64,000 bases of DNA from Patescibacteria group bacterium (GCA_038065395.1 JBBTRB010000003.1:19851-83850), one strand, 5' to 3'. Shown: positions 28,029 through 38,351, counted from the stretch's first letter. Numbers and translations: made by a program. Notes: generated by a model not told the origin, from the letters alone.

Positions 28029-28110
28029 GTCATCCCCGTGAAAACGGGGATCCAGGATATGACCACGTCATGTGACCAGAATCCTGGATTCCCGCATACG
28101 CGGGAATGAC
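28029..28110. repeat. RPE-like palindromic repeat element, short form (copy 4)
   Basis: gtcatccccgtgaaaacggggatccaggat ... atcctggattcccgcatacgcgggaatgac; ends 4 nt before the folD stop codon. Confidence 0.8.
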
Positions 28111-28113
28111 ATT

Positions 28114-28965
28114 CTACTTACAGAGATCGAGTACGTTCTCGAAGAGAGCACAGACTGTCATGGGTCCCACTCCACCTGGAACAGGAGTGATCATCGCGAC
28201 AACATCTGCAACTTCTCTCGACACATCACCGACCATCTTCCCTTCCGATGAGGTATTGATACCTACATCGATAACGATCTGGCCTTCCCGCACATGATCC
28301 TTACGAATAAGACCGGCTGACCCGGCTGCCACGATTATAACGTCGGCGGCCTGTGTTTCTTTCACGAGATCTGGAGTGCCCCGATGACATACCGTTACCT
28401 GTGCACCAGCCTGCCTACACATCTCTGCTACCGGAGTTCCTACCAGGAGCGATCGTCCGATAACCGCCACCTTCTTCCCTGAAATGGGTACGTGGTAAAA
28501 CGCCAGCAATTCTCGGATACCTCTGGCTGTTGCGGGCATGACTTTTGCACCTGTAGTCAGACCATCTGCATCCTTTGCAGGGTCGATGTGTGCGATGACC
28601 TTGTCTCGGTTCATATGTGGAGGCAATGGAAGTTGAACTATGAGGGCATGTATCGATGCATCATCATTGCACTCTTGGATTTTGGAAATGAGCTCGGCTT
28701 CAGAAATAGTTTCGGGTAGCTGAATGTGTTTTTCCTGCACACCGATCTTGGCGGCAAATCGTCTTTTTGCATTGATAAAAGCCGTAGAGTCCTCGCGTGT
28801 ACCGACCTGAATGATCGCCAGAGTGGGCACAAAAGAAAGCGCCTCTATCTTCTTGATGAGTTCGGGGACTAGAGCATCACGGACAGTACGACCAGAGAGG
28901 ATGGTTGCGGGCATATGGGAGAGCGTAGCATTAAAATAATGCGAATCAAAAATTAATATATTCAC
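28114..28965 (-). CDS. folD: bifunctional methylenetetrahydrofolate dehydrogenase/cyclohydrolase
   Basis: 283 aa with GRSLLVGTPVAEM and VIDVGIN...GDV motifs. Confidence 0.9.
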   Translation of the reverse strand: MNILIFDSHYFNATLSHMPATILSGRTVRDALVPELIKKIEALSFVPTLAIIQVGTREDSTAFINAKRRFAAKIGVQEKHIQLPETISEAELISKIQECNDDASIHALIVQLPLPPHMNRDKVIAHIDPAKDADGLTTGAKVMPATARGIRELLAFYHVPISGKKVAVIGRSLLVGTPVAEMCRQAGAQVTVCHRGTPDLVKETQAADVIIVAAGSAGLIRKDHVREGQIVIDVGINTSSEGKMVGDVSREVADVVAMITPVPGGVGPMTVCALFENVLDLCK

Positions 28966-29263
28966 TCATTACAATCAAGCTGAGCAGGATCAGAACATAT
29001 GCAATAAACCACAACGGTAAGGACTTTTGGAATAAAGGTTTAGCTGGAACATTTAATTTGGCGTATATTTTATCATTATTCTTTATAAAATATATGCCTG
29101 CATAGAGATCGAGTACAACGTAGATAACTATCCCTAGTAATCCCCATACACCATCTCCGAAATCGATTCCGAATTGAAGCATAGTAAGTAATTTGAATAA
29201 CCCCACAAAACCAAGGGTGAGCAGTATTATACCGAGTGCGATTATAAGTTTTTTACTTTTCAT
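28946..29263 (-). CDS. hypothetical small membrane protein
   Basis: 105 aa with 3 TM segments. Confidence 0.4.
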   Translation of the reverse strand: MKSKKLIIALGIILLTLGFVGLFKLLTMLQFGIDFGDGVWGLLGIVIYVVLDLYAGIYFIKNNDKIYAKLNVPAKPLFQKSLPLWFIAYVLILLSLIVMSEYINF

Positions 29264-29402
29264 AATTAAATTTAAAAATTATCAATCTCTGCCACGTCAT
29301 CCTCTACGAACATATACTAACATGATTCCAGAAAAAGCTTCGTGCACTCATCTTAGCTCCACATCTTCACGCACAGCAAAGGTAGGCCTTGCTACCCTGG
29401 AC

Positions 29403-30338
29403 TCACCTCCCCCACCTTGCGAAAATACCACATGGCAACAGCCTTTTCTCTGGACCGGATTCTTGGAGAGTGAGCTCCCCTATTTCGATCTCGCCACCAA
29501 ACGTCTTCTGGAGAGAAAGAAGGTTGTTCTCATAGGCGATAGCGGAATATCCGGCAGAGTAACCATTGATCAGGAAGAATAGTGGCCCGCCTCGAGCGTC
29601 GTCGAGAGGCTTCAAAAGCTTCTTGCACTCTTCTACTAATGTACGAAAATGCTCTTCGATCTTCCAGACTTCACTGTCAGGTCCGTGGCCAAAAGCCGGT
29701 GGATCCATGATGATGCCGTCGTAGGTACGACCACGTTTGATCTCACGTTCGACGAATGCACGCACATCTTCGACGATCCAACGGATCGGTTTGTCTGACA
29801 GACCAGAGAGTTCGGCGTTCTCACGCGCCCAGGTCACCGCCGCCTTGGAACTGTCGATATGGACCACCTTGGCTCCCGCCTGCGCACAAGCCAAACTCGC
29901 CCCACCCGTATATCCAAAAAGGTTGAGGACTTCTATGTCTTCACTTACGCCTTGCACCTTTTCACTGTCACTTTTTGCTTTTTGCTTTTTGATTATGTCT
30001 TGCAGCCAACTCCAGTTGCTCGCCTGTTCTGGGAAGAGTCCGGTATGTTTGAAAGCCGTCGGCTTGATCCACAGCTTGAGACCTCCGAATTCGATGGACC
30101 ACTTCTCGAGCGGCATGTTACCGCGGTATGCCCATTCGGCCCCACTACTGTCACGGGTAAAATATGCATCAGCCTTTTTCCAATCGGTTTCGGGCAAGGA
30201 CTTGTTCCACAACGCTTGCGGATCTGGTCGCGACAATACATGCGCACCAAAACGTTCGAGCTTCTCCCCTTCTCCAGAGTCGAGGAGTTCGTAGTTGGCC
30301 TGGGATGGGATGGTGAGTATGTGTGAGTTTTTGTTCAT
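29403..30338 (-). CDS. class I SAM-dependent rRNA methyltransferase (RlmI/RlmK-like)
   Basis: LNLFGYTGGASLACAQAGAKVVHIDSS (SAM motif I) and GIIMDPPAFG (motif IV). Confidence 0.65.
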   Translation of the reverse strand: MNKNSHILTIPSQANYELLDSGEGEKLERFGAHVLSRPDPQALWNKSLPETDWKKADAYFTRDSSGAEWAYRGNMPLEKWSIEFGGLKLWIKPTAFKHTGLFPEQASNWSWLQDIIKKQKAKSDSEKVQGVSEDIEVLNLFGYTGGASLACAQAGAKVVHIDSSKAAVTWARENAELSGLSDKPIRWIVEDVRAFVEREIKRGRTYDGIIMDPPAFGHGPDSEVWKIEEHFRTLVEECKKLLKPLDDARGGPLFFLINGYSAGYSAIAYENNLLSLQKTFGGEIEIGELTLQESGPEKRLLPCGIFARWGR

Positions 30339-30477
30339 AGGAGTAAGAGCGAAGGATATGTAATTCTGAGGTAGCCGAGGACTGTCTGAGCGACTATGTG
30401 CCCCTTAGTCGAAGGATGAGTGCGGATTTGGCGAATCCTGAGACTTAGGGGCACAAGGAGCGAGTTCCGCAGGCAAC

Positions 30478-30954
30478 TCAGAATTGCGTGTCCGGAGCTC
30501 CAGAATACTTCGAAAAGATATAAATAGCCAGTCCAGCCAAGAGCGTCGAGGTCGTCGCAGAACCCAAACAATAGAGACAGAAAGACTCGATCACGACCGC
30601 CTGCAAGATGAACAGATAGACCGTAAAGACGAATCCTGGCAATGTTGCATAGAGCACCCATCGGAACAGTCTCTCCTGTTTCGACTCAAGATAGGCGAAT
30701 GTTCCGACCAAGATCAGAACATAGAACAACGCCCCCATCAGTGCCACAGGAATACCGAGCAAGGTCGCATAATCACTGGTCAAGACCTGTTCACATCCGC
30801 CGACCGCACATGGAGGCACGACTCCTGCATAGTGCTTGATGGTCAAATACGCCGCATCAGCGAACCCAAGAAGTGCGATGCACAGAACTGCGATCGTGAA
30901 TTTATGGGGTACTGCTTGTAATCGCCTCGTCAATAAGTTTCTTGAATGATTCAT
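30478..30954 (-). CDS. vitamin K epoxide reductase (VKOR) family protein
   Basis: 4-5 TM segments and a CAVGGC motif followed by TSDYATLLGIP. Confidence 0.6.
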   Translation of the reverse strand: MNHSRNLLTRRLQAVPHKFTIAVLCIALLGFADAAYLTIKHYAGVVPPCAVGGCEQVLTSDYATLLGIPVALMGALFYVLILVGTFAYLESKQERLFRWVLYATLPGFVFTVYLFILQAVVIESFCLYCLGSATTSTLLAGLAIYIFSKYSGAPDTQF

Positions 30955-31561
30955 AGTCGCGAGGATTGGTTATGGCTTTGCCGTTGATAAAGAAGGTGGG
31001 TGTACCACTGACGCCGATAGCTCTACCGTCCGCAAGGTCTTCATCGATCTTTGTTTTTGTTTCGGTACTCTTGAAGTCAGCCTCGAACAAGGCAACGTTG
31101 AGCTTGAGACGTTCTGCGTAGCCTTTGAATACATCATATGCTTGAGATGCAGTGAGTGTCTCCCATGAAGTCTGGTTGTCATAGAGGAGTCCTGCCATAT
31201 CCCAGTATTTGCCTTGTGCCCCCGCTGCCTCTGCTGCCTGAGCGGCGGCGATCGCATTACGATGTTGAGCGAGCGGGAAATGTCTTCCGACAAATCTGAC
31301 CGTCGTCGAAGAGTTCGTCAGGAGGCGCTCGACGATAGGATAAAAAGCTCCGCACGCTGGACATTGGAAGTCGGCATACTCCATGAGCGTCACGGTCGCC
31401 GTATCTGAACCGCGGACATGGTCGGTTGCACGCTCTGCCATCGGAGTACCGAGACTCAAGCCGCCCGTTGACTCTTTGTGCATAGCTACGATGAGGCCCC
31501 AGATAATAAGAGCTAATACCGCCACAAAACATACCCAAAAAATAATTCGTTTGATATTCAT
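30902..31561 (-). CDS. DsbA-like thiol:disulfide oxidoreductase
   Basis: Signal/TM followed by a thioredoxin fold with DFQCPACGAF (CPxC). Confidence 0.75.
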   Translation of the reverse strand: MNIKRIIFWVCFVAVLALIIWGLIVAMHKESTGGLSLGTPMAERATDHVRGSDTATVTLMEYADFQCPACGAFYPIVERLLTNSSTTVRFVGRHFPLAQHRNAIAAAQAAEAAGAQGKYWDMAGLLYDNQTSWETLTASQAYDVFKGYAERLKLNVALFEADFKSTETKTKIDEDLADGRAIGVSGTPTFFINGKAITNPRDYESFKKLIDEAITSSTP

Positions 31562-31581
31562 AATGGTTGGATTATATACGG

Positions 31582-32136
31582 TCAGAGCACATTCGTAAAC
31601 CAGATCAGGCCATATATGCCGAGCATATTCATGGCAAAGGCTATAGGGATGAGTACTGCCACACGGATCTTGGACATCCCCAGAAGCGCCATACCGAACT
31701 CATCGGGCAAAGGCGAGGCGATGATCAGTGCCCCAAGGATCGGTGACAACCACTTCATGAACCCGAGGTGGAACGAAGCCAAGATACGTCGCACCCGTGA
31801 AGGACGAAGTGACTTGGTGATATGCTCCGCAAAGTGATCACGTATAAAAAAGAAAAGTACCAGATCTCCACAGACCGCACCAAGTGCACCCCATAAGGCA
31901 ATCGTATGAGGATCGCCATATTCAGAAATATTAACCAAGGTCACCGATGCGGGTCCGAGAGTGAAAACTGAGGTAAAGAATATACCTGCAAAAAAGCTCG
32001 CCGCAGCAGTGTTGCCAATGAGAGAGATCATCTGGTCAAGCATGCCTGAAGTACTCAAGAAGAGTGCAAGCGCGATACCGATACAGATCAACAAAAAGTC
32101 TTTGATGAGTTCTCGACGAGCTTGGGAGCGCTTCAT
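31582..32136 (-). CDS. hypothetical membrane protein (DedA/VTT-like, uncertain)
   Basis: 184 aa polytopic. Confidence 0.4.
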   Translation of the reverse strand: MKRSQARRELIKDFLLICIGIALALFLSTSGMLDQMISLIGNTAAASFFAGIFFTSVFTLGPASVTLVNISEYGDPHTIALWGALGAVCGDLVLFFFIRDHFAEHITKSLRPSRVRRILASFHLGFMKWLSPILGALIIASPLPDEFGMALLGMSKIRVAVLIPIAFAMNMLGIYGLIWFTNVL

Positions 32137-32141
32137 ATGAC

Positions 32142-32651
32142 CTATAGTATACCAGATGCGATATTACCGATGATAATGCCGATAGCAACCGCGATACCGC
32201 CGACCACCACCATCGTGATCGACTTGGATACAACCGATACGCCCGAGACACGAGCGCTGACCGTACCAAGCAACACCAATGCGCATAGTGAGATGCCGAT
32301 CGATAGCGGGAGCGCCACTGCATGTTCCCAGAACATATATGGAGCGATCACCAAGACACCTGAGATAATATAGGAGAAGAACATGACCCCTGCCCCAAAG
32401 AGCGATTTACTGAGTTTGAGAACACCCTTGCGAGCAAATTCATCAGCAGAATTATCCGACAACAGAGATCCTGCTGCCATCGAGAATGCTTCTACCAAGA
32501 TCAGGATGATGCCTGACAAGAGAATGGTCTCAGTAGCGACATCAGACGTCGCTATACCAGAGACAAACCCAACAGTTGAGACGAGACTATCCTCGACTCC
32601 GAAGACGAAGTTGCGTACTGCATCTGACGTGAGATATGAGCGACGTACCAT
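32142..32651 (-). CDS. VIT1/CCC1 family membrane protein (putative Fe/Mn transporter)
   Basis: FGVEDSLVSTVGFVSGIA matches the VIT-family FGxxDGLVS motif; 169 aa. Confidence 0.55.
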   Translation of the reverse strand: MVRRSYLTSDAVRNFVFGVEDSLVSTVGFVSGIATSDVATETILLSGIILILVEAFSMAAGSLLSDNSADEFARKGVLKLSKSLFGAGVMFFSYIISGVLVIAPYMFWEHAVALPLSIGISLCALVLLGTVSARVSGVSVVSKSITMVVVGGIAVAIGIIIGNIASGIL

Positions 32652-32680
32652 ATGTGTAGTATATCATTCCTTATGAACAC

Positions 32681-33769
32681 TTAGAGCTCGTACTCGAGCA
32701 AGTGTGGTTGATCATCGACGTATGATATCTCGAACAAGATGCGACCGATCACTTGCCCACGTAGCGTCTCTACAGCCACTTCCCAATTGCCGGGCATGAG
32801 GTTCTGCTTCATCGAATATCCTCGATACCCTCGATCATTGCCACCGACGATCGTATACGGGATCTTGTTGATCGAACGCCAACGACTCGCCTCTTCATCG
32901 AAATGTTTCCAATGATGAACAACTTCAACATCGATATCGGTCGGAGCGAATACCGAGCTGTAGACGTAGAGTGCTTGCCCTTCGACGAGATTCACATTCT
33001 CGAAAAGGTCGATCCATGACCAGCGCGAGGGTGTTTCGTGGAAGCCGATATATCCTCGGCCAGTTTTGATCAGTCGTTGATATACACCAGCCTCTTTGAG
33101 AGAGAGTGGGATCGGCGGGATGATGTTGGTGAAATAGAGGATGTTGATCCCGATGAACACTGTGCCGATCGAGTAGAGTAAGAAGTTCCTGCTCTGTGAT
33201 ACATGGCGTGGCACAAAATACGCCAGTATCGCAATGAAGAACGAGACAAGCGCCAGTGCACTGATCCCGCTCAAGAGGAATATCCATGGACCCATCTTCC
33301 CCAGGAGAACAGGGATAAAGAAAATCAAGAAAAAGAAAAGTGCCGTGAACAAGATACTGACTTGGAGTACGAGGCGTGCATAATGTCTCCGCAACATCTC
33401 ATTGGCGATCAAGAGACCAACGAGTACTGCGATCAGAGGCCAGCTGGTAGCGAGTGATCCGCTCCGGAAATAAAAGACGGTGAACCCACTGAACAATGCA
33501 CCGAATGCAAACTGGATGACGAGCGGGATCAGACTGACGACTCTGTGTACGGTCACACTCTGCAGTTTGCGCGTGTCGTAGATATGGAGCACGATGATAC
33601 CGATCGAGACGACACTGAAGTACGTCAGCATGATGATATTCTCGAGGGGCAAGTCGACCCTGCGGAGGGTCAGCGTATCAACGATGAAACCACTCAGCAA
33701 TGCTCCTGCCGAGAGGTATCTATCGTTACGTCGTATCCATTCGTATATATTCTTGATGGTATCTTTCAC
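32681..33769 (-). CDS. hypothetical polytopic membrane protein with a C-terminal soluble domain
   Basis: 362 aa. Confidence 0.5.
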   Translation of the reverse strand: MKDTIKNIYEWIRRNDRYLSAGALLSGFIVDTLTLRRVDLPLENIIMLTYFSVVSIGIIVLHIYDTRKLQSVTVHRVVSLIPLVIQFAFGALFSGFTVFYFRSGSLATSWPLIAVLVGLLIANEMLRRHYARLVLQVSILFTALFFFLIFFIPVLLGKMGPWIFLLSGISALALVSFFIAILAYFVPRHVSQSRNFLLYSIGTVFIGINILYFTNIIPPIPLSLKEAGVYQRLIKTGRGYIGFHETPSRWSWIDLFENVNLVEGQALYVYSSVFAPTDIDVEVVHHWKHFDEEASRWRSINKIPYTIVGGNDRGYRGYSMKQNLMPGNWEVAVETLRGQVIGRILFEISYVDDQPHLLEYEL

Positions 33770-33782
33770 TCTCTAAGAATAA

Positions 33783-33830
33783 CAGATCGTAGAAAATAAC
33801 GAAGCGGATGGAGATCGTGGACTAGCCTCT
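33783..33830. repeat. ~40-nt motif shared with 20315-20358
   Basis: aataacgaagcggatggagatcgtggactagcctctaaag versus gataacgaagcagatggagattgtggcctagctctaag. Confidence 0.4.
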
Positions 33831-34770
33831 AAAGTGCATCTGATGCATCTTCGGCCAAGTCTTCGGCTTCTTTGGCAAGCTCCTCAGCCTTGTCATAATC
33901 CTCGTCATCAAATTCAGATCGCGCATCATCGAGCTTGTCTTTCGCATCGTCATATATGTCTTGTGCTTCGTTGACATCGTCACCATCGTCATCTGCTTCA
34001 CTGATATCATCTCGTGCCTGACTCAATGCTTCCTTGGCACGCTTGATAGCCTTCTCAGCATCGTCTGAACTACCACTAATATCTTCTACGGAATCTTCTA
34101 CATATTTGTCTGCTTTCTCTATAGCCTCTGTTGCTTCGTCGTATTCACCGTCAAAATAGGCGTAGACCGCATCGAGGAATTTATCTTGTGCACGTTCGAG
34201 CTGTTTCTCTGGAGTAGCCACATCTTCTCCATCGTCTTTGGCATCATCGATGTCTTCTTCTGCCTGCTTGATAGCATCACGAACTTTCTTGATCAGATCT
34301 TTGAGTTTGCGTTCTGTAGAACTCGTATTCGAAACTACAGGAACGGCATTGGCTACCGTGGCAGTAGAAGCCGCAGGAGGCGTGACGACAGTCACCGGTG
34401 AAGGCGTGGTAGGGATCACAGGAACCACAGCGACTGGCTGGAGAGAGACTTCATAGAGCTTGCGCGACTGAGGGCCAAAGTTCCCTGTTGCCGGGAAAAT
34501 ACCTTTGGAGACCTGCCACTTGGTCAAAGCCTCTTTTGTCTTTTCGCGGAAGGTGTTGGTTTCTTTGCCTGGTGATCCGGCTCCTTCTGAAGTAATGATG
34601 AATCCGTTTGTATTCAAGAATCTCTGGAGACAACGTACGTCTTCACCGACAGAACCGAGAGTCAGTGTATCTGAAAATATGCAGACCTCTGCAGCATGCA
34701 CTGGTGACGTAGTAAATGCTATTCCTACAACAAGACTTGTAATGATGGCTAATGTGTATGGCTTTTTCAT
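33829..34770 (-). CDS. secreted peptidoglycan-binding domain protein with an acidic coiled-coil tail
   Basis: Signal peptide, then LGSVGEDVRCLQRFLNTNGF...GNFGPQS (PG_binding_1-like) and a long D/E/K/A-rich repeat region. Confidence 0.6.
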   Translation of the reverse strand: MKKPYTLAIITSLVVGIAFTTSPVHAAEVCIFSDTLTLGSVGEDVRCLQRFLNTNGFIITSEGAGSPGKETNTFREKTKEALTKWQVSKGIFPATGNFGPQSRKLYEVSLQPVAVVPVIPTTPSPVTVVTPPAASTATVANAVPVVSNTSSTERKLKDLIKKVRDAIKQAEEDIDDAKDDGEDVATPEKQLERAQDKFLDAVYAYFDGEYDEATEAIEKADKYVEDSVEDISGSSDDAEKAIKRAKEALSQARDDISEADDDGDDVNEAQDIYDDAKDKLDDARSEFDDEDYDKAEELAKEAEDLAEDASDAL

Positions 34771-34793
34771 AATGAGATAAGTATAGCAAATCA

Positions 34794-35048
34794 TTACTCT
34801 TGCAACATAGCCCTGTCACGAGCCTCCAAAGTTGCCTTGGCGTCAAGGGCTCGATCTATCGGATAGAGTATCTTGCCGTCATCTTGCGGTTGTGTCCCCA
34901 CCTTCTGCTCTTCTGCAGTGTCACGTGTACGTTGTCCGATCCGTTCATACTGCTGTACCGCCAGGAAAATGACAAAGGCAGTTCCTAGAAAGATGAGGAG
35001 GATACCTATGTAGCCGCCGGAATATAGTTTCGTATTCGTGTGTCTCAT
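34794..35048 (-). CDS. hypothetical small membrane protein
   Basis: Start chosen at MRHTNTKLYSGGYIGILLIFLG (single TM); the longer ORF extends to 35177. Confidence 0.3.
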   Translation of the reverse strand: MRHTNTKLYSGGYIGILLIFLGTAFVIFLAVQQYERIGQRTRDTAEEQKVGTQPQDDGKILYPIDRALDAKATLEARDRAMLQE

Positions 35049-35393
35049 GCACACATTGTAGCATCTGTAATATCCCCCAGTGTATGTATGGGAATAAAAA
35101 AGAGCCGCCCGTGCGATTCGCATGCAGATGCGAGATGCGCGGGCGGTGCTCTGGTGGGTGTGTGTCTTGCGACACATGGGGATGATGTCCCTTTTACGTA
35201 GACGCGAGGAGCGGCTACGCGGTCAGTACAATAGGTTCAGTGAAACGATTGCCGTTCATGATGCCTGCTTGTTCGAGTGGACCTTTGGTCGACTTGTTCA
35301 GTACAAACTGGTCCGAGGAATATACTACTCCTTCATAAAAAGTCATGCAAGCCCACGTGTGCATATCTCAGTAGCAAGGTCGGACCTTGCTGG

Positions 35394-35972
35394 TTATATG
35401 AGGGCCATCTTCTTCAACTCCTCGATCGCGACTGGTAGCTCTTTCACTCCGTCTGACTCTGTAAAGTGTCCCTTGCCTGACTCGACGATCACCTGAGCAT
35501 CGAGTTTGGCAGCGAACAAATCACGATTTTCCGCCAAGGAAACCTCGGTATCATTATCAGAGAAAATGAGAGTAGCTTTTTTGAGGACCTTCTTGATCTG
35601 AGCAAAGTTGATCGGATTCTCGAGCCATGGTCGTGCAATGTCTTTGTCCTCTTCGGTTTCGAGCTTCGCGAGGGTCAGCCACGGTGCAATGCAGACAACT
35701 CCACCAACATCGGTGATCTCTGGTGCCTGGATGTATCTGAATATCGCCTGACAGCCGATACTGTGCCCAATGAAGAACGTATTCTCATCTGGATACATCA
35801 CAACTGACTCGAGATGGTTGACCCATGCATCGACGGTAGGGCTATGTGAGTTCGGCATCTCGAGCACCGTCGTCTCGAAGCCAAGCTTCCTGCCCTCTTC
35901 ACCTAACCATGCGATCATCGGTTCAGTCGCGCTTCCACCCCAGCGATGTACGATAAATAATCTTTTATTCAT
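35394..35972 (-). CDS. alpha/beta hydrolase (YdeN/RBBP9-like serine hydrolase)
   Basis: FIGHSIGCQAI (GxSxG nucleophile elbow); 192 aa. Confidence 0.65.
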   Translation of the reverse strand: MNKRLFIVHRWGGSATEPMIAWLGEEGRKLGFETTVLEMPNSHSPTVDAWVNHLESVVMYPDENTFFIGHSIGCQAIFRYIQAPEITDVGGVVCIAPWLTLAKLETEEDKDIARPWLENPINFAQIKKVLKKATLIFSDNDTEVSLAENRDLFAAKLDAQVIVESGKGHFTESDGVKELPVAIEELKKMALI

Positions 35973-36051
35973 GGAAAGTAGTATAGCATTTCATATATTA
36001 AAAAATCTCCAGCACTGTTGCTGGAGATTGAGAGAGTACGTGACAACGAGA

Positions 36052-36684
36052 CTACGCCGTGCCATGTTGTGTTGATTCGAGATAGTCAGCGATAACCTTG
36101 TCATACTCGGACGTATGCCGGATCGCTTCGGCAGCAAGATGGTGTCGGAGTTGCCGGCTTGTTGTCGGACCTCTATTGTCGATCATTGCATTTCGGATCA
36201 GGTCGTAATGTTCGATCTTGGAAGCCACGGTTACGAACCTATGGTTCTTTGCAGCACTTCGCAACAACGTAGGTCCACCAATATCGATCTCCTCGATAGC
36301 CTCATCGAATGTGACCCCCGGCTTCTGTATCGTCTTTTCGAAGGGGTAGAGATTTACCACCACCAAGTCGATAGGTTCCATTCTCAGGACATTCACGCTT
36401 TCTTCATCATCACGATGATGACGTCGGTAGAGCACTCCTCCCATGAGTTTCGGATGCATCGTCTTCACTCTCCCACCCAAACACTCAGGGAAACCAGTGA
36501 TCTCAGAGACATCTTCCACGTGGATCCCTGCATCGCGAAGCACCTTCGCAGTGCCGCCCGTGGAGATGATCTTGGTGTCGTATCTTGTTTTCAAGAATTT
36601 TGCGAAATCCACAACGCCCCTCTTATCCGACACAGAGATAAGTGTCGTCGCTATCCGTACAAAACCTTCGTCGATCTCACTCAT
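36052..36684 (-). CDS. stand-alone IMP cyclohydrolase (PurH N-terminal MGS-like) domain protein
   Basis: ISVSDKRGVVDFAKFL...ISTGGTAKVLRDAGIHVEDVSEITGFPECLGGRVKTMHPKLMGGVL...VVVNLYPF...IDIGGPTLLRSAAKN. No AICAR transformylase domain follows. Confidence 0.7.
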   Translation of the reverse strand: MSEIDEGFVRIATTLISVSDKRGVVDFAKFLKTRYDTKIISTGGTAKVLRDAGIHVEDVSEITGFPECLGGRVKTMHPKLMGGVLYRRHHRDDEESVNVLRMEPIDLVVVNLYPFEKTIQKPGVTFDEAIEEIDIGGPTLLRSAAKNHRFVTVASKIEHYDLIRNAMIDNRGPTTSRQLRHHLAAEAIRHTSEYDKVIADYLESTQHGTA

Positions 36685-36773
36685 GACTAACCTTTCGTTT
36701 TGATTGTTTCATGTCCCGAGACGGTATGTCTCAGTCTGACGTATGGATACCACCAAATACCCCCGAGGTCAAC

Positions 36774-37631
36774 TTATCTGAACGTCATTGAGCCTCCCGT
36801 TTTGAGATCGAAGACAAGCTCGCCTTTTGAGGTGAAATGGTATGCAGAAGTATTCCCAAGCAATGTGACGAATTCTGTTTCTTGAGAACCTTCACAGAAC
36901 ATCTTGGTCGAGATCATTTCAGAAAAAATGATCGTGTTCCCCGTAGTCGTTGCATATGACCCTGCCACCTGGTTGCAGTCGGTTGTAGCTGAGAATCTCT
37001 TTTCAGATGAGAATGTTATCGCAAAGGCATCGGTCTTGCGTGGCTTGATCTCTTGTCCATCTCCGGAACGAGCACTGATCCACAACCATTTATTCATCAA
37101 CAAGTTCATCCGTGCAGGATCTGCTTCACCTTCGAAGTTCGGCTCTATCTGCTCGAATGCCATACTCTCTGTATTCAACTTGAGCCACAGAGTCTTGCCG
37201 ACTGACGGCTGAATAGCAAAACTTTCTCCTGCCTTACGATCGGCATAATTCACGATCACCATACTCCCTGTGCCCTTTTCGATCGTCTGGAGCGCGATGC
37301 GGTCACCGAGGAACAACCCTTCCGATCCGACATATCCGCGTTCGGTATTGAGTGCCGCCACTACATAGTAGAACGTGCCACTTCCTCCTGGCTGCTGAGT
37401 GAGAACAAAGATGACGTCCTCTCTGCCGTCAGCATTGAGATCTGTTCGCACCTCATTGCCGAAATAGTCTGCTTCGCCCAGCGTGATACGCTGCCCCTCG
37501 ACGATGTATTCTGCCTCCTTGAAATCCGCAGATGCCGGAGCCTGCTTCTGTTCGTATATGTAGTTGTTGAAGGCGTAAAAGCCGCCGACGAGGATGGCGA
37601 GGGTGATGAGGATGTAGAGTATGGTTTTCAT
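36774..37631 (-). CDS. secreted META (HslJ-like) domain protein
   Basis: Signal/TM followed by C-terminal TDCNQVAGSY...MFCEGS motifs of META domains. Confidence 0.5.
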   Translation of the reverse strand: MKTILYILITLAILVGGFYAFNNYIYEQKQAPASADFKEAEYIVEGQRITLGEADYFGNEVRTDLNADGREDVIFVLTQQPGGSGTFYYVVAALNTERGYVGSEGLFLGDRIALQTIEKGTGSMVIVNYADRKAGESFAIQPSVGKTLWLKLNTESMAFEQIEPNFEGEADPARMNLLMNKWLWISARSGDGQEIKPRKTDAFAITFSSEKRFSATTDCNQVAGSYATTTGNTIIFSEMISTKMFCEGSQETEFVTLLGNTSAYHFTSKGELVFDLKTGGSMTFR

Positions 37632-37641
37632 AGTGAGGTTA

Positions 37642-38163
37642 TTATAGATTATTTTGTAAGATATTTTGTACCCTCTCCAAGATCGACGACTCGTCCATGG
37701 TACTGTTGAGACGAGCCACCTGGGCTTTCATTTTTGGAATGAGAAAGTCGATCGTTTGCCATTGGATCTCACTTTCTTTTTCAGCATCTTCGGTAGCTCT
37801 GAGTTCTGGTTCGAATGTCTTCATTTTTACCAAGAAATATAGCGTGGTCTTTTCGATCGAAATATCTTCGATGGGATAATTCCCCTTGATCGAACCGATG
37901 TAGGTAACAATATCTCCCGTCATCCCGAACTCTTCCTTGAGACCCCGATGCAGAGTATCCTCTATCGACTCGCCCATCTCCATAGTCTCTCGCATCAAAA
38001 TATAGAAGTCTGTAAAATGTCTGAATTTATTTCTTGAAGTTACCTTTTCGAAATAGTGGCAACAGATCTTATTTTCTCCATTGACGATAACAGCACCGAC
38101 CGAAAGATGGTACGGATGTTGTTTCGTCCCTCTGAAATAATTCTCCATACACCAATTATACAC
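37642..38163 (-). CDS. NUDIX hydrolase
   Basis: Nudix box RETMEMGESIEDTLHRGLKEEFG (GX5EX7REUXEEXGU). Confidence 0.65.
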   Translation of the reverse strand: MYNWCMENYFRGTKQHPYHLSVGAVIVNGENKICCHYFEKVTSRNKFRHFTDFYILMRETMEMGESIEDTLHRGLKEEFGMTGDIVTYIGSIKGNYPIEDISIEKTTLYFLVKMKTFEPELRATEDAEKESEIQWQTIDFLIPKMKAQVARLNSTMDESSILERVQNILQNNL

Positions 38164-38177
38164 CCTCGACTATTGTT

Positions 38178-38351
38178 AGTTGCTACTATCCGTCGAGCCA
38201 CCTAGGTTGATCTCGAGTCCCCCCTTATCTTCCCCTTCTTCTTTGCCCATGAAGAATCCTTGCGTATACGCGATCCATACCACGATCGCGATGACGACGA
38301 TCACGAGAATGCCCACCACCATACCTGTACCCGAAGATTCGTTATTCATAT
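38178..38351 (-). CDS. hypothetical 57-aa single-TM peptide
   Basis: MNNESSGTGMVVGILVIVVIAIVVWIAYTQGFF...; below the ORF-track cutoff. Confidence 0.25.

Noticed and set aside
36115-36690. 191-aa plus-strand ORF antisense to the PurH-domain gene
   Set aside because: The opposite-strand product has a clear PurH IMPCH match; this frame has none.
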